From the NCBI GenBank assembly GCA_036556695.1, contig DATBIY010000047.1:12809-76808 (forward strand): a DNA stretch of 64,000 bases, read 5' to 3'. The DNA is from Candidatus Limnocylindria bacterium (GTDB lineage: Bacteria > Chloroflexota > Limnocylindria > QHBO01). Under the pieces are notes generated by a model. The model did no database searches and was not told the DNA's origin. It was given only the letters and a program-made list of their open reading frames with translations. The position numbers and the translations under genes are program-made. This document shows, piece by piece, positions 19,725-29,410 of the stretch (the stretch's first letter is position 1; each line of letters starts with the position of its first letter).

Positions 19725-20954
19725 ATGGAGACGGACGTCCTCAACTCGGTGAGCGCTCGCTCGCGCAACCCGCTCGCCTTCCTCGGGGGCGAGATCGACG
19801 AGCTCAAGGCCAAGGGCCTCTTCCGGCGGCTGCGGGTGGTGCAGTCGGAGCAGAAGAGCCGATGCGTCATCGACGGACGCGAGGTCATCACCCTTTCGAG
19901 CAACAACTACCTGGGGCTGAACACCCACCCGCGGCTGCGCCGGGCGGCGATCCAGGCGGTGGAGGAGTACGGCGCCGGATCGGGTGCGGTCCGCACCATC
20001 GCCGGCACGATGAGCCTGCACGAGCAGCTGGAAGCACGGCTCGCCGACTTCAAGCACGTCGAGGCGGTGCTCACCTTCCAGTCGGGCTTCACATGCAACA
20101 CCGGTGTCATTCCGATCCTGGCGCCGGAGGGCGCGGTCATCGTCTCCGACGGCCTCAATCACGCCAGCATCATCGACGGCATCCGGCTGACCAAGGCCGA
20201 ACGCAAGATCTTCCCGCACGCCGACATGGACGCCCTGCGCCGGGCGCTGCGCGAGGTGCGCGACGCGCCCGGCGGTGCCAACCGCACGGTGCTGGTCATC
20301 ACGGACGGCGTGTTCAGCATGGACGGGGACATCGCGCGGTTGCCCGAAATCGTCGAGGCGGCGGAGCAGGCCGATGCGATCGTCTACGTCGACGATGCCC
20401 ACGCCTCGGGCGTGCTGGGCCGCAACGGGCGCGGCAGCGTCGACCACTTCGACCTCCACGGCCGTGTGCATGTGCAGGTCGGCACGCTATCGAAGGCGAT
20501 CGGCGTGCTGGGTGGCTACGTCGCCGGCCCGGGGGTGCTGCGCACCGTGCTCGAGCACAGGGCTCGTCCGTTCCTGTTCTCGACCTCGCACCCGCCGGCC
20601 GTGGCGGCTGCCTGTCTGGCGGCCATCGACGTGCTGGAATCCGAGCCGGGGCTGATCGAGCGGCTATGGCAGAACGCCGGCTTCTTCAAGGACGGCCTGG
20701 CTCGGCTGGGCTTCGACATCGGCGCATCCGAGACGCCCATCACCCCGGTGATCGCCGGCTCCGGGGCGCTGGCCATGAAGCTCTCCGACCGGTTGTTCGA
20801 GGAGGGCGTCTTCGCCCAGGGCATCGGCTTCCCGACCGTGCCGGACGACCGATCGCGGGTGCGCACCATCGTCACTGCCGAGCACACGCGCGAGGAGCTG
20901 GAGGCCTGCCTGGCTGCCTTCGAAAAGGTCGGCCGCGAGCTCGCACTGATCTAG
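19725..20954 (+). CDS. kbl: 2-amino-3-ketobutyrate CoA ligase (glycine C-acetyltransferase)
   Basis: Alpha-oxoamine synthase family protein of 409 aa. PLP-lysine context TLSKAIG. Classic tdh-kbl operon. Confidence 0.9.
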   Translation: METDVLNSVSARSRNPLAFLGGEIDELKAKGLFRRLRVVQSEQKSRCVIDGREVITLSSNNYLGLNTHPRLRRAAIQAVEEYGAGSGAVRTIAGTMSLHEQLEARLADFKHVEAVLTFQSGFTCNTGVIPILAPEGAVIVSDGLNHASIIDGIRLTKAERKIFPHADMDALRRALREVRDAPGGANRTVLVITDGVFSMDGDIARLPEIVEAAEQADAIVYVDDAHASGVLGRNGRGSVDHFDLHGRVHVQVGTLSKAIGVLGGYVAGPGVLRTVLEHRARPFLFSTSHPPAVAAACLAAIDVLESEPGLIERLWQNAGFFKDGLARLGFDIGASETPITPVIAGSGALAMKLSDRLFEEGVFAQGIGFPTVPDDRSRVRTIVTAEHTREELEACLAAFEKVGRELALI

Positions 20955-21013
20955 CCTCGTGCTGCGGTGCCGGCGGGCACCTCGGCACTGGTCGCGATCG
21001 GACGCGGAAGCTA

Positions 21014-21043
21014 CCGAGCCTCCGGCTGCTGCCGGAGGCTCGG
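21014..21043. terminator. Bidirectional hairpin between the convergent kbl and SpaA-like genes
   Basis: Perfect inverted repeat CCGAGCCTCCGGC-tgctg-CCGGAGGCTCGG. No clear U-tract, which is common in high-GC genomes. Confidence 0.45.
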
Positions 21044-21061
21044 TGTCGCTGTTCCTTCGGT

Positions 21062-22108
21062 TCAGCGTGTGTGCCGCGTGGACCTCACATTGGCGTAGGC
21101 CAGGGTGCCGATGGAGGCCAGCAGGACGATCGCGAAGGCGAAGGTCGGCACTGGGCTGGGTCCGGGCGTGCCTCCCATGGCAGTGTCCGGCTGGCTCGGG
21201 GCCGGCGTGCCGGTCCCGCCCTGCACGGATCCCTCGGGGGTCGGCGTCGACGTCCCGCCGGCGACCGATCCTTCCGGAGTCGGCGTGGCGGTCGAGGCGC
21301 TCAGCGAGTTGGTGAACACCGCGTCCGGGCTGTTGCAGTCGCCGTCGTTGTCGACCTCGACCATCTGCGAGGCCGGCTGCCCGATCTCATAGCCTGGCGG
21401 GGCCTTGATCTCGGTGACCTGCCAGACCGAATCCTCGGGCAGGCCCAGGATGCAGAACATGCCGTTTTCATCGCTGGTGAACGTGCCGTCGATGCCATCG
21501 ACCGTGAAGACCGCGCCGGGCAGGCGATGGCCGTCCTGGTCGTTCTTCCGGATGTTGAGGCTGGCGTGGTCATCAGCGTTCGGAATGGTCGCGGTGGCCG
21601 TCGCCGTGCCGCTGGCCGGCGGAAGCACCAGGCAGAAGCTGATGTGGCTGATCGCCGGCTGCTGGCCGCCGCCGTTGTCCGGGGCGATCAGGTGGTCGTC
21701 GTGGCGGATGCCACCGTCGGACCGGGCCGAGTAGTCGTAGTTGTTGGCGTTGTCGCCGCCCTCGACCAAGACGTGCGCAGCCACGGCGTTGTCGACGTCG
21801 AAGGTGACGTACATGCCGTCGGTCTCGAGGATCTCGACGCGCACCGTGGTCGACCCGATGGTCGTCTGCTTCTGCTCGCCGGTCTCCACCTCGTTGGCGT
21901 CGTCCTCGAACTTGATCTCGGTCGTGCCGGTCGGGCAGCTGGGGTTGCCGGCGACGATCGTCGGCGTGACCTCCGGGTTCGGAGTGTCGTGATGCGCGAT
22001 CGCCGGGCTGATCATCAGCGCCAGCGACAGGCCCAGGGTGGCCAGCGCGGCGACGACGATGCCGACGCGGCTCACTCCTGAGCGAGCGTTGCTTCCTGTG
22101 GCAGCCAT
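21062..22108 (-). CDS. Secreted SpaA/prealbumin-fold (Cna-B-like) domain protein. It has tandem TPTPEGSVxGGTxTP repeats and a C-terminal hydrophobic segment followed by a basic tail.
   Basis: Signal peptide MAATGS...AIAHH with an AGAAACC ribosome-binding site. SpaA-like stretch NIRKNDQDGHRLPGAVFTV...VTEIKAPPGYEI. The C-terminus reads PSPVPTFAFAIVLLASIGTLAYANVRSTRHTR; no LPXTG motif is present. Confidence 0.7.
   Translation of the reverse strand: MAATGSNARSGVSRVGIVVAALATLGLSLALMISPAIAHHDTPNPEVTPTIVAGNPSCPTGTTEIKFEDDANEVETGEQKQTTIGSTTVRVEILETDGMYVTFDVDNAVAAHVLVEGGDNANNYDYSARSDGGIRHDDHLIAPDNGGGQQPAISHISFCLVLPPASGTATATATIPNADDHASLNIRKNDQDGHRLPGAVFTVDGIDGTFTSDENGMFCILGLPEDSVWQVTEIKAPPGYEIGQPASQMVEVDNDGDCNSPDAVFTNSLSASTATPTPEGSVAGGTSTPTPEGSVQGGTGTPAPSQPDTAMGGTPGPSPVPTFAFAIVLLASIGTLAYANVRSTRHTR
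21222..21299 (-). repeat. Tandem imperfect ~39-nt coding repeat, two copies, encoding TPTPEGSV(A/Q)GGT(S/G)TP
   Basis: Visible directly as repeated peptide units and repeated DNA of the form (a/c)cggatcc(c/t)tc(g/c)gg(g/a)gtcggcgt. Confidence 0.5.
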
Positions 22109-22362
22109 GAATTGGTTTCTCCCACTGTTCCGCGCGGTCACCTGTTGTTGCGATTCGGGCCTTGCCATCAGTGGGCCCCATTTCCGGCGGAGCACGAGGG
22201 TACACCGCAAGTACCGGGCCGCCTAGTACCCCCCTGGCTGGCCGGAGTGCGGGAGAGTGTGGTGCGTAACCGTCCGGTGCGGTACTTCAGGGGTAAGACC
22301 CGGTGCCTCGGCGCACCGCTCTGACGGGTGGGATCAACAGAGACTTGTCCGGCACGCGATAC

Positions 22363-23007
22363 TCAGCCGGTGCGGCCGCGCGCCTCCAGCAGGACGACCT
22401 GTGTCTCGTCCGGCAGCGACGAGCCGTGGACAACAGCCTTGGGCTGGCGCTGCGGCTCCCCGGCGCCCATCTCGTGGACGAACTTCTCGGGTCCCAGCAG
22501 GTCCTTCGAGCCGCCGTCTGTGGCGTAGTGCATGGGGATCACCAGTTTGGGGCTGACCTGGCTGACGACCTCGGCGGCCTCCGCCGGGGCGATGGTGAAC
22601 TGCCCGCCCGCCGGGACCAGCAGCACGTCGACCGGACCGATCTCCGCCAGCTGGTCCTCGGTGAGGAGATGCCCCAGGTCGCCCAGGTGGGCGATGTGCA
22701 CGCCGTCGATCTCGTAGACGAAGACGATGTTCTCGCCGCGCTCGGCGCCCCGGGCCCCGTCATGGAAGGTGCGCACGCCAGTGACCAGCACGCCGTGGTA
22801 CTCGTACTCGCCCGGCCGGGTCAGCGTCAGCCCGGCGGTGATGGAGCGCGTGTAGGAATGATCCGGGTGCGCGTGCGAGATGGTCAGCAGGTCTACGTCA
22901 TGCTTTCCGGCCACGAACCCGGTGTTGGGCGGGCAGGGGTCGGTAATGACGGTCGATTCGCGGCCCTTGAGCCTGAAGCAGGCGCGGCCGTACCACGTGA
23001 TTTCCAT
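22363..23007 (-). CDS. Metallo-beta-lactamase-fold hydrolase
   Basis: MBL motifs HAHPDH, VTGVRTFHDG and HIAHLGD. The rest of ORF 22363..24441 is antisense to the downstream peptidase gene. Confidence 0.8.
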   Translation of the reverse strand: MEITWYGRACFRLKGRESTVITDPCPPNTGFVAGKHDVDLLTISHAHPDHSYTRSITAGLTLTRPGEYEYHGVLVTGVRTFHDGARGAERGENIVFVYEIDGVHIAHLGDLGHLLTEDQLAEIGPVDVLLVPAGGQFTIAPAEAAEVVSQVSPKLVIPMHYATDGGSKDLLGPEKFVHEMGAGEPQRQPKAVVHGSSLPDETQVVLLEARGRTG

Positions 23008-23034
23008 GGGTGCCGTGAGTGTGACAGACAGCAC

Positions 23035-23068
23035 GAGAGCCGGTGCCCGCCCAATGACACCGGCTCTC
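23035..23068. promoter_or_regulatory. Perfect 11-bp inverted repeat GAGAGCCGGTG-N12-CACCGGCTCTC in the divergent promoter region between the MBL-hydrolase and metallopeptidase genes
   Basis: Seen directly in the sequence. It is followed by a polypurine tract GAAGGAGGGAGGGTGGAGG. Confidence 0.4.
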
Positions 23069-23220
23069 GAAGGAGGGAGGGTGGAGGTAGAAACCCGACT
23101 GGATCTCCAACTCGCACGGTGAACGGTAGAAGGCCGATGTGAATCCCCAACACGCGCCCGGCTTAAGAAACCTGAACCTTCGGCCCGGTCGACCGCCGGG
23201 CGATGCCACAATGGCCGGCA

Positions 23221-24486
23221 ATGAGATCCCTTGGCCTGCGGCTGTCCGCGCTGGCCACCATCCTCCTGGGGCTGGCCATCGTGGCCGTCCTCACCCTGCG
23301 GGCCATGGGCGCGCCGCTGGCCCTCGGACCGGCAACCACCGCCGTCGCCAGCCCATCGCCCACTTCGTCGGCCACGGCCAGCGCCTCGCAGGACGCGCTG
23401 CACGTGTTCGGCGAGATCGAGGACGAGGTATCGGCGCTGCGCGAGCTGCCCCCGGCCGACATCGGACCCCCGGACGTCATCAGCCGAGCACAGCTGGCCG
23501 ATGAGCTGGAGGAGGTCTTCGACGAGACCTGGACCGAGGAGCAGCTGGCTGCCGACAACCTGACGCTGCGGGCCATGGGGCTGCTGGCCGAGGAGCAGGA
23601 CATCCGCCAGCTGACCGAGTCCCTCTACGCCGACCAGGTGCTGGGCTTCTACGACTTCGAGGCGCGACGCATGGTGGTGGTCACCGACGCCGGGCTCACC
23701 GCCGAGGCGAAGATCACCTACGCCCACGAGTTCACGCACGCCATGCAGGACGCGGCCTTCGACATCGGAGCGGAGCGCGAGGGGCAGGCCGATGACGATG
23801 ACCCGGCGCTCGCGCGGCTCGCGCTGGAGGACGGAGACGCCACGCTGGCCATGGTGCGTTGGGCGCTGGACGGCAACCTGTCGCCGGACGAGATGGCCGG
23901 CATCGGCGCCACGCCGATCCCCGACATGAGCGCCATCCCGCCGTGGATGGTGCGCCAGCTCACCTTCCCCTACGAGTCGGGCGCGACCTTCGTGACCCAG
24001 CTGTGGGCGGCCGGTGGCTGGGACGCGGTGGACGCTGCCTACGACCAGCCGCCGGCCTCGACCGAACAGGTGCTCCATCCGGAGAAGTACCTGGCCGGCG
24101 AAGTGCCGCTCAACGTGCCGGAGCCGGACGTGGCCGGGCGGCTGGGTGCCGGCTGGCGCCAGGTGGAGGCGACCACCATCGGCGAGGCGATGGTCGGCAT
24201 CTGGCTCGAGCAGCTGGGAGCTGATCGCGACGAGGCGGACGCCGCCGCCCTGGGCTGGGGTGGCGATGAGCTGAGCGTGGCGCGCGGGCCTGACGGCACG
24301 TGGGCCATGGCCTGGCAGCTGGAATGGGACGCGCCGGTGCACGCCACCGAGTTCCTGGATCTGTATCAGCAGCTGCGCGGCGCGCTGCCGTTCGCGACCG
24401 ACGTGCAGTCGAGCGGCAACACGGGCGTCACGGTCGTCCACGCCTCGTCCGCCGACCTGGTAGACGAGGTGCTCGCGGGAAGCTGA
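23221..24486 (+). CDS. Membrane-anchored putative zinc metallopeptidase (HExxH)
   Basis: N-terminal signal anchor LSALATILLGLAIVAVL. HEFTH motif in YAHEFTHAMQD. High GC3 throughout. Confidence 0.65.
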   Translation: MRSLGLRLSALATILLGLAIVAVLTLRAMGAPLALGPATTAVASPSPTSSATASASQDALHVFGEIEDEVSALRELPPADIGPPDVISRAQLADELEEVFDETWTEEQLAADNLTLRAMGLLAEEQDIRQLTESLYADQVLGFYDFEARRMVVVTDAGLTAEAKITYAHEFTHAMQDAAFDIGAEREGQADDDDPALARLALEDGDATLAMVRWALDGNLSPDEMAGIGATPIPDMSAIPPWMVRQLTFPYESGATFVTQLWAAGGWDAVDAAYDQPPASTEQVLHPEKYLAGEVPLNVPEPDVAGRLGAGWRQVEATTIGEAMVGIWLEQLGADRDEADAAALGWGGDELSVARGPDGTWAMAWQLEWDAPVHATEFLDLYQQLRGALPFATDVQSSGNTGVTVVHASSADLVDEVLAGS

Positions 24487-24493
24487 GCGGCTC

Positions 24494-26158
24494 CTACATC
24501 GAGGTTGGCGCGCGGATGCCCAGCAGACCCAGCCCGTTGGCCAGGACCTGGCGGGTGGCGTCGGTCAGCGCCAGCCGCGCCTCCGACAGCCGCCGCTCGT
24601 CGGGGTCCTCGGAGAGTACGCGACAGTCCCGGTAGAACGCGCTGAACAGCTGAGCACTCTCCAGCAGGAAGCGAGTGATCTCGTGGGTCTCGCGGCGGGC
24701 GGCGGCATCGGCCACCACGTCCGGCAGGTCCAGCACACGGCGCAGGAGCGCCTGCTCGGCGGGGTGGTGGAGCAGGGCGGCGGCATGGGAGTCATCGGCC
24801 TCCACCGACGCGGCCTGACCATTGCGCAGGATGGAGCTGGCCCGGGCGTGCGCGTACTGAACGTAGTACACCGGGTTCTCTGCGCTCTCCTTCTTGGCCA
24901 GCTCGATGTCGAAGTCGATGCCGGTCTGCGGGGCGCGGGAGCCGAAGTACCAGCGCGCGGCGTCGGAGCCGATCTCGGCTAGCAGCTCATCCAGGCTGAT
25001 GAACTCGCCGGCCCGCTTGCTCATGCCGATCTCCTGGCCGTCGCGCACGAAGCGCACCCAGGCCATCAGCAACCAGTGCACGTGATCCGCCTGGAAGCCG
25101 AGCGCCTGGGCGGCGGCACGATTGCGCGCGACTGTGCCGTGGTGGTCCTCGCCCCACAGGTAGACCAGCTCGTCGAAGCCGCGGCTGAACTTCTCGGCCA
25201 GGTAGCCGATGTCGCTGGCGAAATACGTCGGCTGGCCGTTGCTGCGGATGACCACTCGATCCTTCTCGTCGCCGTACGCGCTGGAGCGGAACCAGGTGGC
25301 GCCGTCGGCCTCGTAGAGGTCACCGCTGGCGCGCAGCTGGTCTAGAGCGCGCGGGACCCAGCCCTCGTCGTGCAGCGAGCCCTCCGACGTCCAGACGTCG
25401 AACCGCACGCCCAGCTCCGCCAGGCTGGCCTCGATGCCGGCCCGGACGCGCTCCGACGCCCAGCGGCCCAGGACCTCGCCCGGATCGGCTCCCTCTGCGG
25501 CCGCTGCGGCCCAGAGCTCGTCCGGCACCTCGCGGACCATCTGGGTCACGTACTCGCCGTGGTAGCCGTCCTCCGTTGGCTCGCGTCCCTCGTGGCGCGC
25601 CTGCAGCGAGAGGCCGAGGTTGCGGACCTGCGCGTTGAAGTCGTTGAAGTAGTACTCGCGCACCACGTCGTGGCCGACGGCCTCCAGCACCCGGCTCAGC
25701 AGGTCGCCCACGAAGGCGCCACGCGCGTTGCCAACGGTCAGCGGCCCTGTGGGGTTGGCGCTCACGAACTCGACGTTGATGCGATGCGGCTCGGCGGCGC
25801 GCGCCATGCCGAAGGTTGCCCCCGCCTGCCGGATGGCGGCCACCTGGCCCGCGAGCCACGCCGGGTCGAGCTGGATGTTGAGGAAGCCGGGCGGCGCCAC
25901 GCTGGTGGCCAGCACCCCGTCGGGCGTGCCCAGTTCCGCGCGCAGCGCTTCGGCAATGGCCAGGGGGGAGCGGCGCAGCACCGGCGCCAGCTGCATGGCC
26001 GCGTTGCTGGCGAAGTCGCCGTGCTCCGCCCGGGAGGGCCGCTCGATGCCGACAGGCGGCAGCAACGCGCTCTCCGGCTGTGGCAGCGCGCCGGAGGAAA
26101 TGGCCCGGTCGCGGGCGGCGGCCACCGCCGCTCGCAGCGATTCGCGAATGCTGGTCAC
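24494..26158 (-). CDS. argS: Arginine--tRNA ligase
   Basis: Class-I tRNA-synthetase motifs FVSANPTGPLTVGNARGA (HIGH-like) and a KMSK-like motif. The GTG start overlaps the ftcD stop (GTGA). Confidence 0.9.
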   Translation of the reverse strand: MTSIRESLRAAVAAARDRAISSGALPQPESALLPPVGIERPSRAEHGDFASNAAMQLAPVLRRSPLAIAEALRAELGTPDGVLATSVAPPGFLNIQLDPAWLAGQVAAIRQAGATFGMARAAEPHRINVEFVSANPTGPLTVGNARGAFVGDLLSRVLEAVGHDVVREYYFNDFNAQVRNLGLSLQARHEGREPTEDGYHGEYVTQMVREVPDELWAAAAAEGADPGEVLGRWASERVRAGIEASLAELGVRFDVWTSEGSLHDEGWVPRALDQLRASGDLYEADGATWFRSSAYGDEKDRVVIRSNGQPTYFASDIGYLAEKFSRGFDELVYLWGEDHHGTVARNRAAAQALGFQADHVHWLLMAWVRFVRDGQEIGMSKRAGEFISLDELLAEIGSDAARWYFGSRAPQTGIDFDIELAKKESAENPVYYVQYAHARASSILRNGQAASVEADDSHAAALLHHPAEQALLRRVLDLPDVVADAAARRETHEITRFLLESAQLFSAFYRDCRVLSEDPDERRLSEARLALTDATRQVLANGLGLLGIRAPTSM

Positions 26159-27069
26159 GGGTTCTTCGCCAGGCGCAGCTCGAGCGCCTGGTCCGGCGAG
26201 AAGCTGCGCAGCCCCAGCGCGTCTTCCGCCACCTCGAGCAGCGCGCCGGTGGGGGCCAGGCCGATGAGCTCGCAGTGGTCGATATCGGTGCCGGCCTCGC
26301 GCGCCAGTCGGCTGATCTCGCGCACCACCCGGGCGATGCCGGTCTTCTCCCAATCGACCAGGTTCATGCTGACCTGCGCGCGCGTCGGCTCACCGGGGTT
26401 CTCCAGCAGCACTCCCATGGCCTGCACCGCCGGCAGGCCGCCGGAGGACTCGCGGATGGTCTGGGCGATGCGCCGGGCCAGCGCCAGGTCATCCGTGGCC
26501 AGGTTGACGTTGAAGGCGATCAGCGGCTTGCGGGCGCCCACGGCCACCGCCCCGCCCCGTGGGTGGAGGTGGCTTGGCCCGAAGTCCGGGTCCCGTTCGG
26601 GATTGCCGCCGATCTCGGCCTTCAGCCCCTCGTACTGGCCGCGCCGCACGTCGGCCAGCCGCCGCCGCTCGGGGCGCAGCGCAGCCTCGCCATAGAGGTA
26701 GACCGGGATGTCGAACAGCTTGGCGATCTGCTCGCCGAAGCGGCGCGCCAGGTCGACGCACTCCTCGATGCGGGTGCCGCCCAGCGGCACGAACGGCACG
26801 ACGTCGACGGCGCCGATGCGCGGGTGGGCGCCCTTGTGCTGCTCCATGTCGATCAGCTGGATTGCGCGCCCGACAGCCGCGGTGGCGGCACGGACCACCG
26901 ACTCGGCGGCGCCGGCAAAGGTGACCACGCTGCGGTTGTGGGTCTCGTCCCGCGAGTGGTCCAGCAGCGTCACGCCGTCGATCTGGCGAATGGCGCTCAC
27001 GATCTCCTCGACGACCTCCGGGCGGCGGCCCTCCGAGAAGTTCGGGACGCACTCGATCAGGCTGGCCAC
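26155..27069 (-). CDS. ftcD: Glutamate formimidoyltransferase (transferase domain only)
   Basis: N-terminus VASLIECVPNFSEGR is the hallmark of this family. Length ~304 aa. The GTG start is 24 nt downstream of the SIS-protein gene. Confidence 0.85.
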   Translation of the reverse strand: MASLIECVPNFSEGRRPEVVEEIVSAIRQIDGVTLLDHSRDETHNRSVVTFAGAAESVVRAATAAVGRAIQLIDMEQHKGAHPRIGAVDVVPFVPLGGTRIEECVDLARRFGEQIAKLFDIPVYLYGEAALRPERRRLADVRRGQYEGLKAEIGGNPERDPDFGPSHLHPRGGAVAVGARKPLIAFNVNLATDDLALARRIAQTIRESSGGLPAVQAMGVLLENPGEPTRAQVSMNLVDWEKTGIARVVREISRLAREAGTDIDHCELIGLAPTGALLEVAEDALGLRSFSPDQALELRLAKNP

Positions 27070-27092
27070 GCGGTGGATGTTAGCCCGGCCCC

Positions 27093-28283
27093 CTACGCGT
27101 CGGCCGCAGCCGCGTGGCGCGGGTCGTCGCGACCGATGGTGTCCGGGTTCGTGCCGCGCTCGCGAGCGAGGCGCTCCGTCAGTTGCTGCAGCGGGATCGC
27201 GGAGCCGATGAGCGATACCTCGACTCGCGGCAGCCGGCTGGTGACCGGTACGGCCAGGCGCCCGGCCGGCGTCAGGTCGCGCGGAATGTCGTCGCCCAGG
27301 TCGGCGGCGATGATGCCAGCCGCGGGCATGCCAATCGCGGCGGCAGAGCGCAGCACGGCGCGCGCCCGGTCCAGCAGCATCTCTCCCCGCTGCTCGGCGT
27401 CGGTGAGGATGATGACCAGCCCGGTGGTCGAGTCCGTGGCCGCCAGGTGCCCGTGTCGCAGCGTCTCGAGGTGGTGCGCCGTGCTGGGCAGGTGCACCCC
27501 TTCCTCCACCTTGAGGGCGAGCTCCCGCGCCGACGGGTAGTCGGCGCCGGAGCCCACAACCACGAGGCGCGTGCAGCCCGCCAGGATTGTCGCTGCTTCG
27601 CCGGCCGGATCGCCGTCCGCGGTGTCGAGCATGGCTCGCACGCTGATGGGGTCGACCGGTTGCGCGCGGATGGCCGCCGCCAGCGCCGTAGCCGCCAGCA
27701 TCGGCGACAGGTAGCCGATGGTGTGGCACCAACTCTGGTCCTGCTCGTGCGTCTGGACGACGACCTGCGCCAGCTGCGCACCGGGAGATCGGTCGCTCAC
27801 CGTGATGAGCGCCGTCTGGCAGCCGGCATCCCGCGCCTCGCGCAACGCCCCGTTGGTCGCCCAGGTGCCGCCCTCGTGCGACACGCCGACGAGCACGCCG
27901 CTGGACGAAGGACGGCCCAGCAGCTCGAAGGCCTGGGCGGAGCCGATGCGCGCGTCGCGCACCACTGCGTCGCGCAACGCCTCGCCGACGATGGCCACGC
28001 AGGCGATCGCCGCATGCTCGCTGGTGCCGCAGCCGGTGAAGATCACCGGTTCGCCAGCATCCGCTGCAGCTCGCAGGTCGGCGGCGAGGCGGCGCACGGT
28101 CTGGTCGTCGCGCAGCGCGGTCAGCAGCCGCTCGGCGAAGGCCGGTTCGGCGGCGATCATCTCGGTCATGGTGTACGGCGGCCCGTCGCGTGGCGCCGGC
28201 ATGCTGGAGGACTGCCACGGGTCGGGCGCGCCGGGCAGCGGCGCCAGCGGGTCGAAGGTCATGACGGCGATGCTACGCGGCAT
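27093..28283 (-). CDS. Double-SIS-domain sugar-phosphate isomerase/aminotransferase-like protein (GlmS C-terminal-like). The start is uncertain; an internal Met is likely.
   Basis: Two SIS domains: VIFTGCGTSEHAA (with the S/T-rich loop) and RLVVVGSGADYPSA. The maximal ORF would abut the divergent oxidase gene. Confidence 0.75.
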   Translation of the reverse strand: MPRSIAVMTFDPLAPLPGAPDPWQSSSMPAPRDGPPYTMTEMIAAEPAFAERLLTALRDDQTVRRLAADLRAAADAGEPVIFTGCGTSEHAAIACVAIVGEALRDAVVRDARIGSAQAFELLGRPSSSGVLVGVSHEGGTWATNGALREARDAGCQTALITVSDRSPGAQLAQVVVQTHEQDQSWCHTIGYLSPMLAATALAAAIRAQPVDPISVRAMLDTADGDPAGEAATILAGCTRLVVVGSGADYPSARELALKVEEGVHLPSTAHHLETLRHGHLAATDSTTGLVIILTDAEQRGEMLLDRARAVLRSAAAIGMPAAGIIAADLGDDIPRDLTPAGRLAVPVTSRLPRVEVSLIGSAIPLQQLTERLARERGTNPDTIGRDDPRHAAAADA

Positions 28284-28297
28284 CTATGCTCGGCCGC

Positions 28298-29410
28298 ATG
28301 GCATCCTCGACGGGCCTGCCCGTGCCGAACGACGCGCCGAAGGCCGGCTTCGAGGCGCCGCCAGTCGACGACCCGACGCTGATCAACGTCCTGGACTTCG
28401 AGGCGCGCGCCCTCGAGGTGCTGTCCGAGATGGCACTGAGCTACTACACCAGCGGCGCCGAGGACGAGCGCACGCTCCACGACAACCGCGCCGCCTTCAG
28501 CCGGCGCCGCTTCCTGCCGCGGGTGATGACCGATACCTCGCGCATCGACACCCGTGTGACCGTCTTCAACCGCGAGTGGCCGGTGCCGCTGTTCACCTGC
28601 CCCACAGCCCTGCATCGCATGGCGCATCCGGACGGAGAGCTGGCCACGGCCAGGGCGACGGCTGCTCGCGGCATCACCATGACCCTGTCGACCTCGGCCA
28701 GCACCGACATGGCCGAAGTCGCGGCCGTCGGCGGCGCGCGCTGGTTCCAGGTCTACCTGCTGGCCGACATGGGCGCGCGCCGCGCCCTCGTAGAGCGTGC
28801 CGTGGAGAACGGCAACGAGGCGCTGGTCATGACCGCCGACCTGCAGCGCCTCGGGCGCCGGGAGCGCGACATCCGCATCGGCTTCCAGCTGCCGTTCGAC
28901 ATCACCGTGCCCAACGTGGCGGTGGCCGCCGAGTCATCGCTCGACGCCGCGGCCGACCAGAGCTTCGTCGAGACGCTGACCTGGGACGACCTGGAGTGGC
29001 TGGCCGGCTTCAGCCTGCCGGTGATCCTCAAGGGAGTGCTGCATCCGGAGGACGCAGTGCGGGCGCTCGAGCGCGGGGCGGCGGCAGTCCAGGTCAGCAA
29101 CCACGGCGGCCGGCAGCTGGACGGCGCCATCGCCAGCCTGGACGCGCTGCCGGCGGTGGTGGATGCGGTGGCCGGTCGCGCGCCAATCCTGTTCGACGGT
29201 GGCGTCCGCCGGGGGACCGATGCGCTGATGGCGCTGGCGCTGGGCGCCACGGCGGTCGGCATCGGCCGTCCCATCCTGTGGGGCCTGGCTGTCGACGGCG
29301 AGGCCGGTGTCGGGCGCGTGCTCGACATCCTGTCCGCCGAGCTGGAGCACGTCATGGCCCTGGCCGGCGTGCCGAGTGTGGAGGACCTGACGCCGGAGCT
29401 GGTGGTCTAG
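28298..29410 (+). CDS. FMN-dependent alpha-hydroxy-acid dehydrogenase/oxidase (L-lactate dehydrogenase / glycolate oxidase family)
   Basis: Motifs [20 protein letters not shown] and GGVRRGTD are typical of the family. Confidence 0.85.
   Translation: MASSTGLPVPNDAPKAGFEAPPVDDPTLINVLDFEARALEVLSEMALSYYTSGAEDERTLHDNRAAFSRRRFLPRVMTDTSRIDTRVTVFNREWPVPLFTCPTALHRMAHPDGELATARATAARGITMTLSTSASTDMAEVAAVGGARWFQVYLLADMGARRALVERAVENGNEALVMTADLQRLGRRERDIRIGFQLPFDITVPNVAVAAESSLDAAADQSFVETLTWDDLEWLAGFSLPVILKGVLHPEDAVRALERGAAAVQVSNHGGRQLDGAIASLDALPAVVDAVAGRAPILFDGGVRRGTDALMALALGATAVGIGRPILWGLAVDGEAGVGRVLDILSAELEHVMALAGVPSVEDLTPELVV

Noticed and set aside
23008-24441. N-terminal 478 residues of ORF 22363-24441
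   Set aside because: Only the last 214 residues form the MBL-fold domain. The rest is antisense to the HExxH peptidase gene and is low-complexity.
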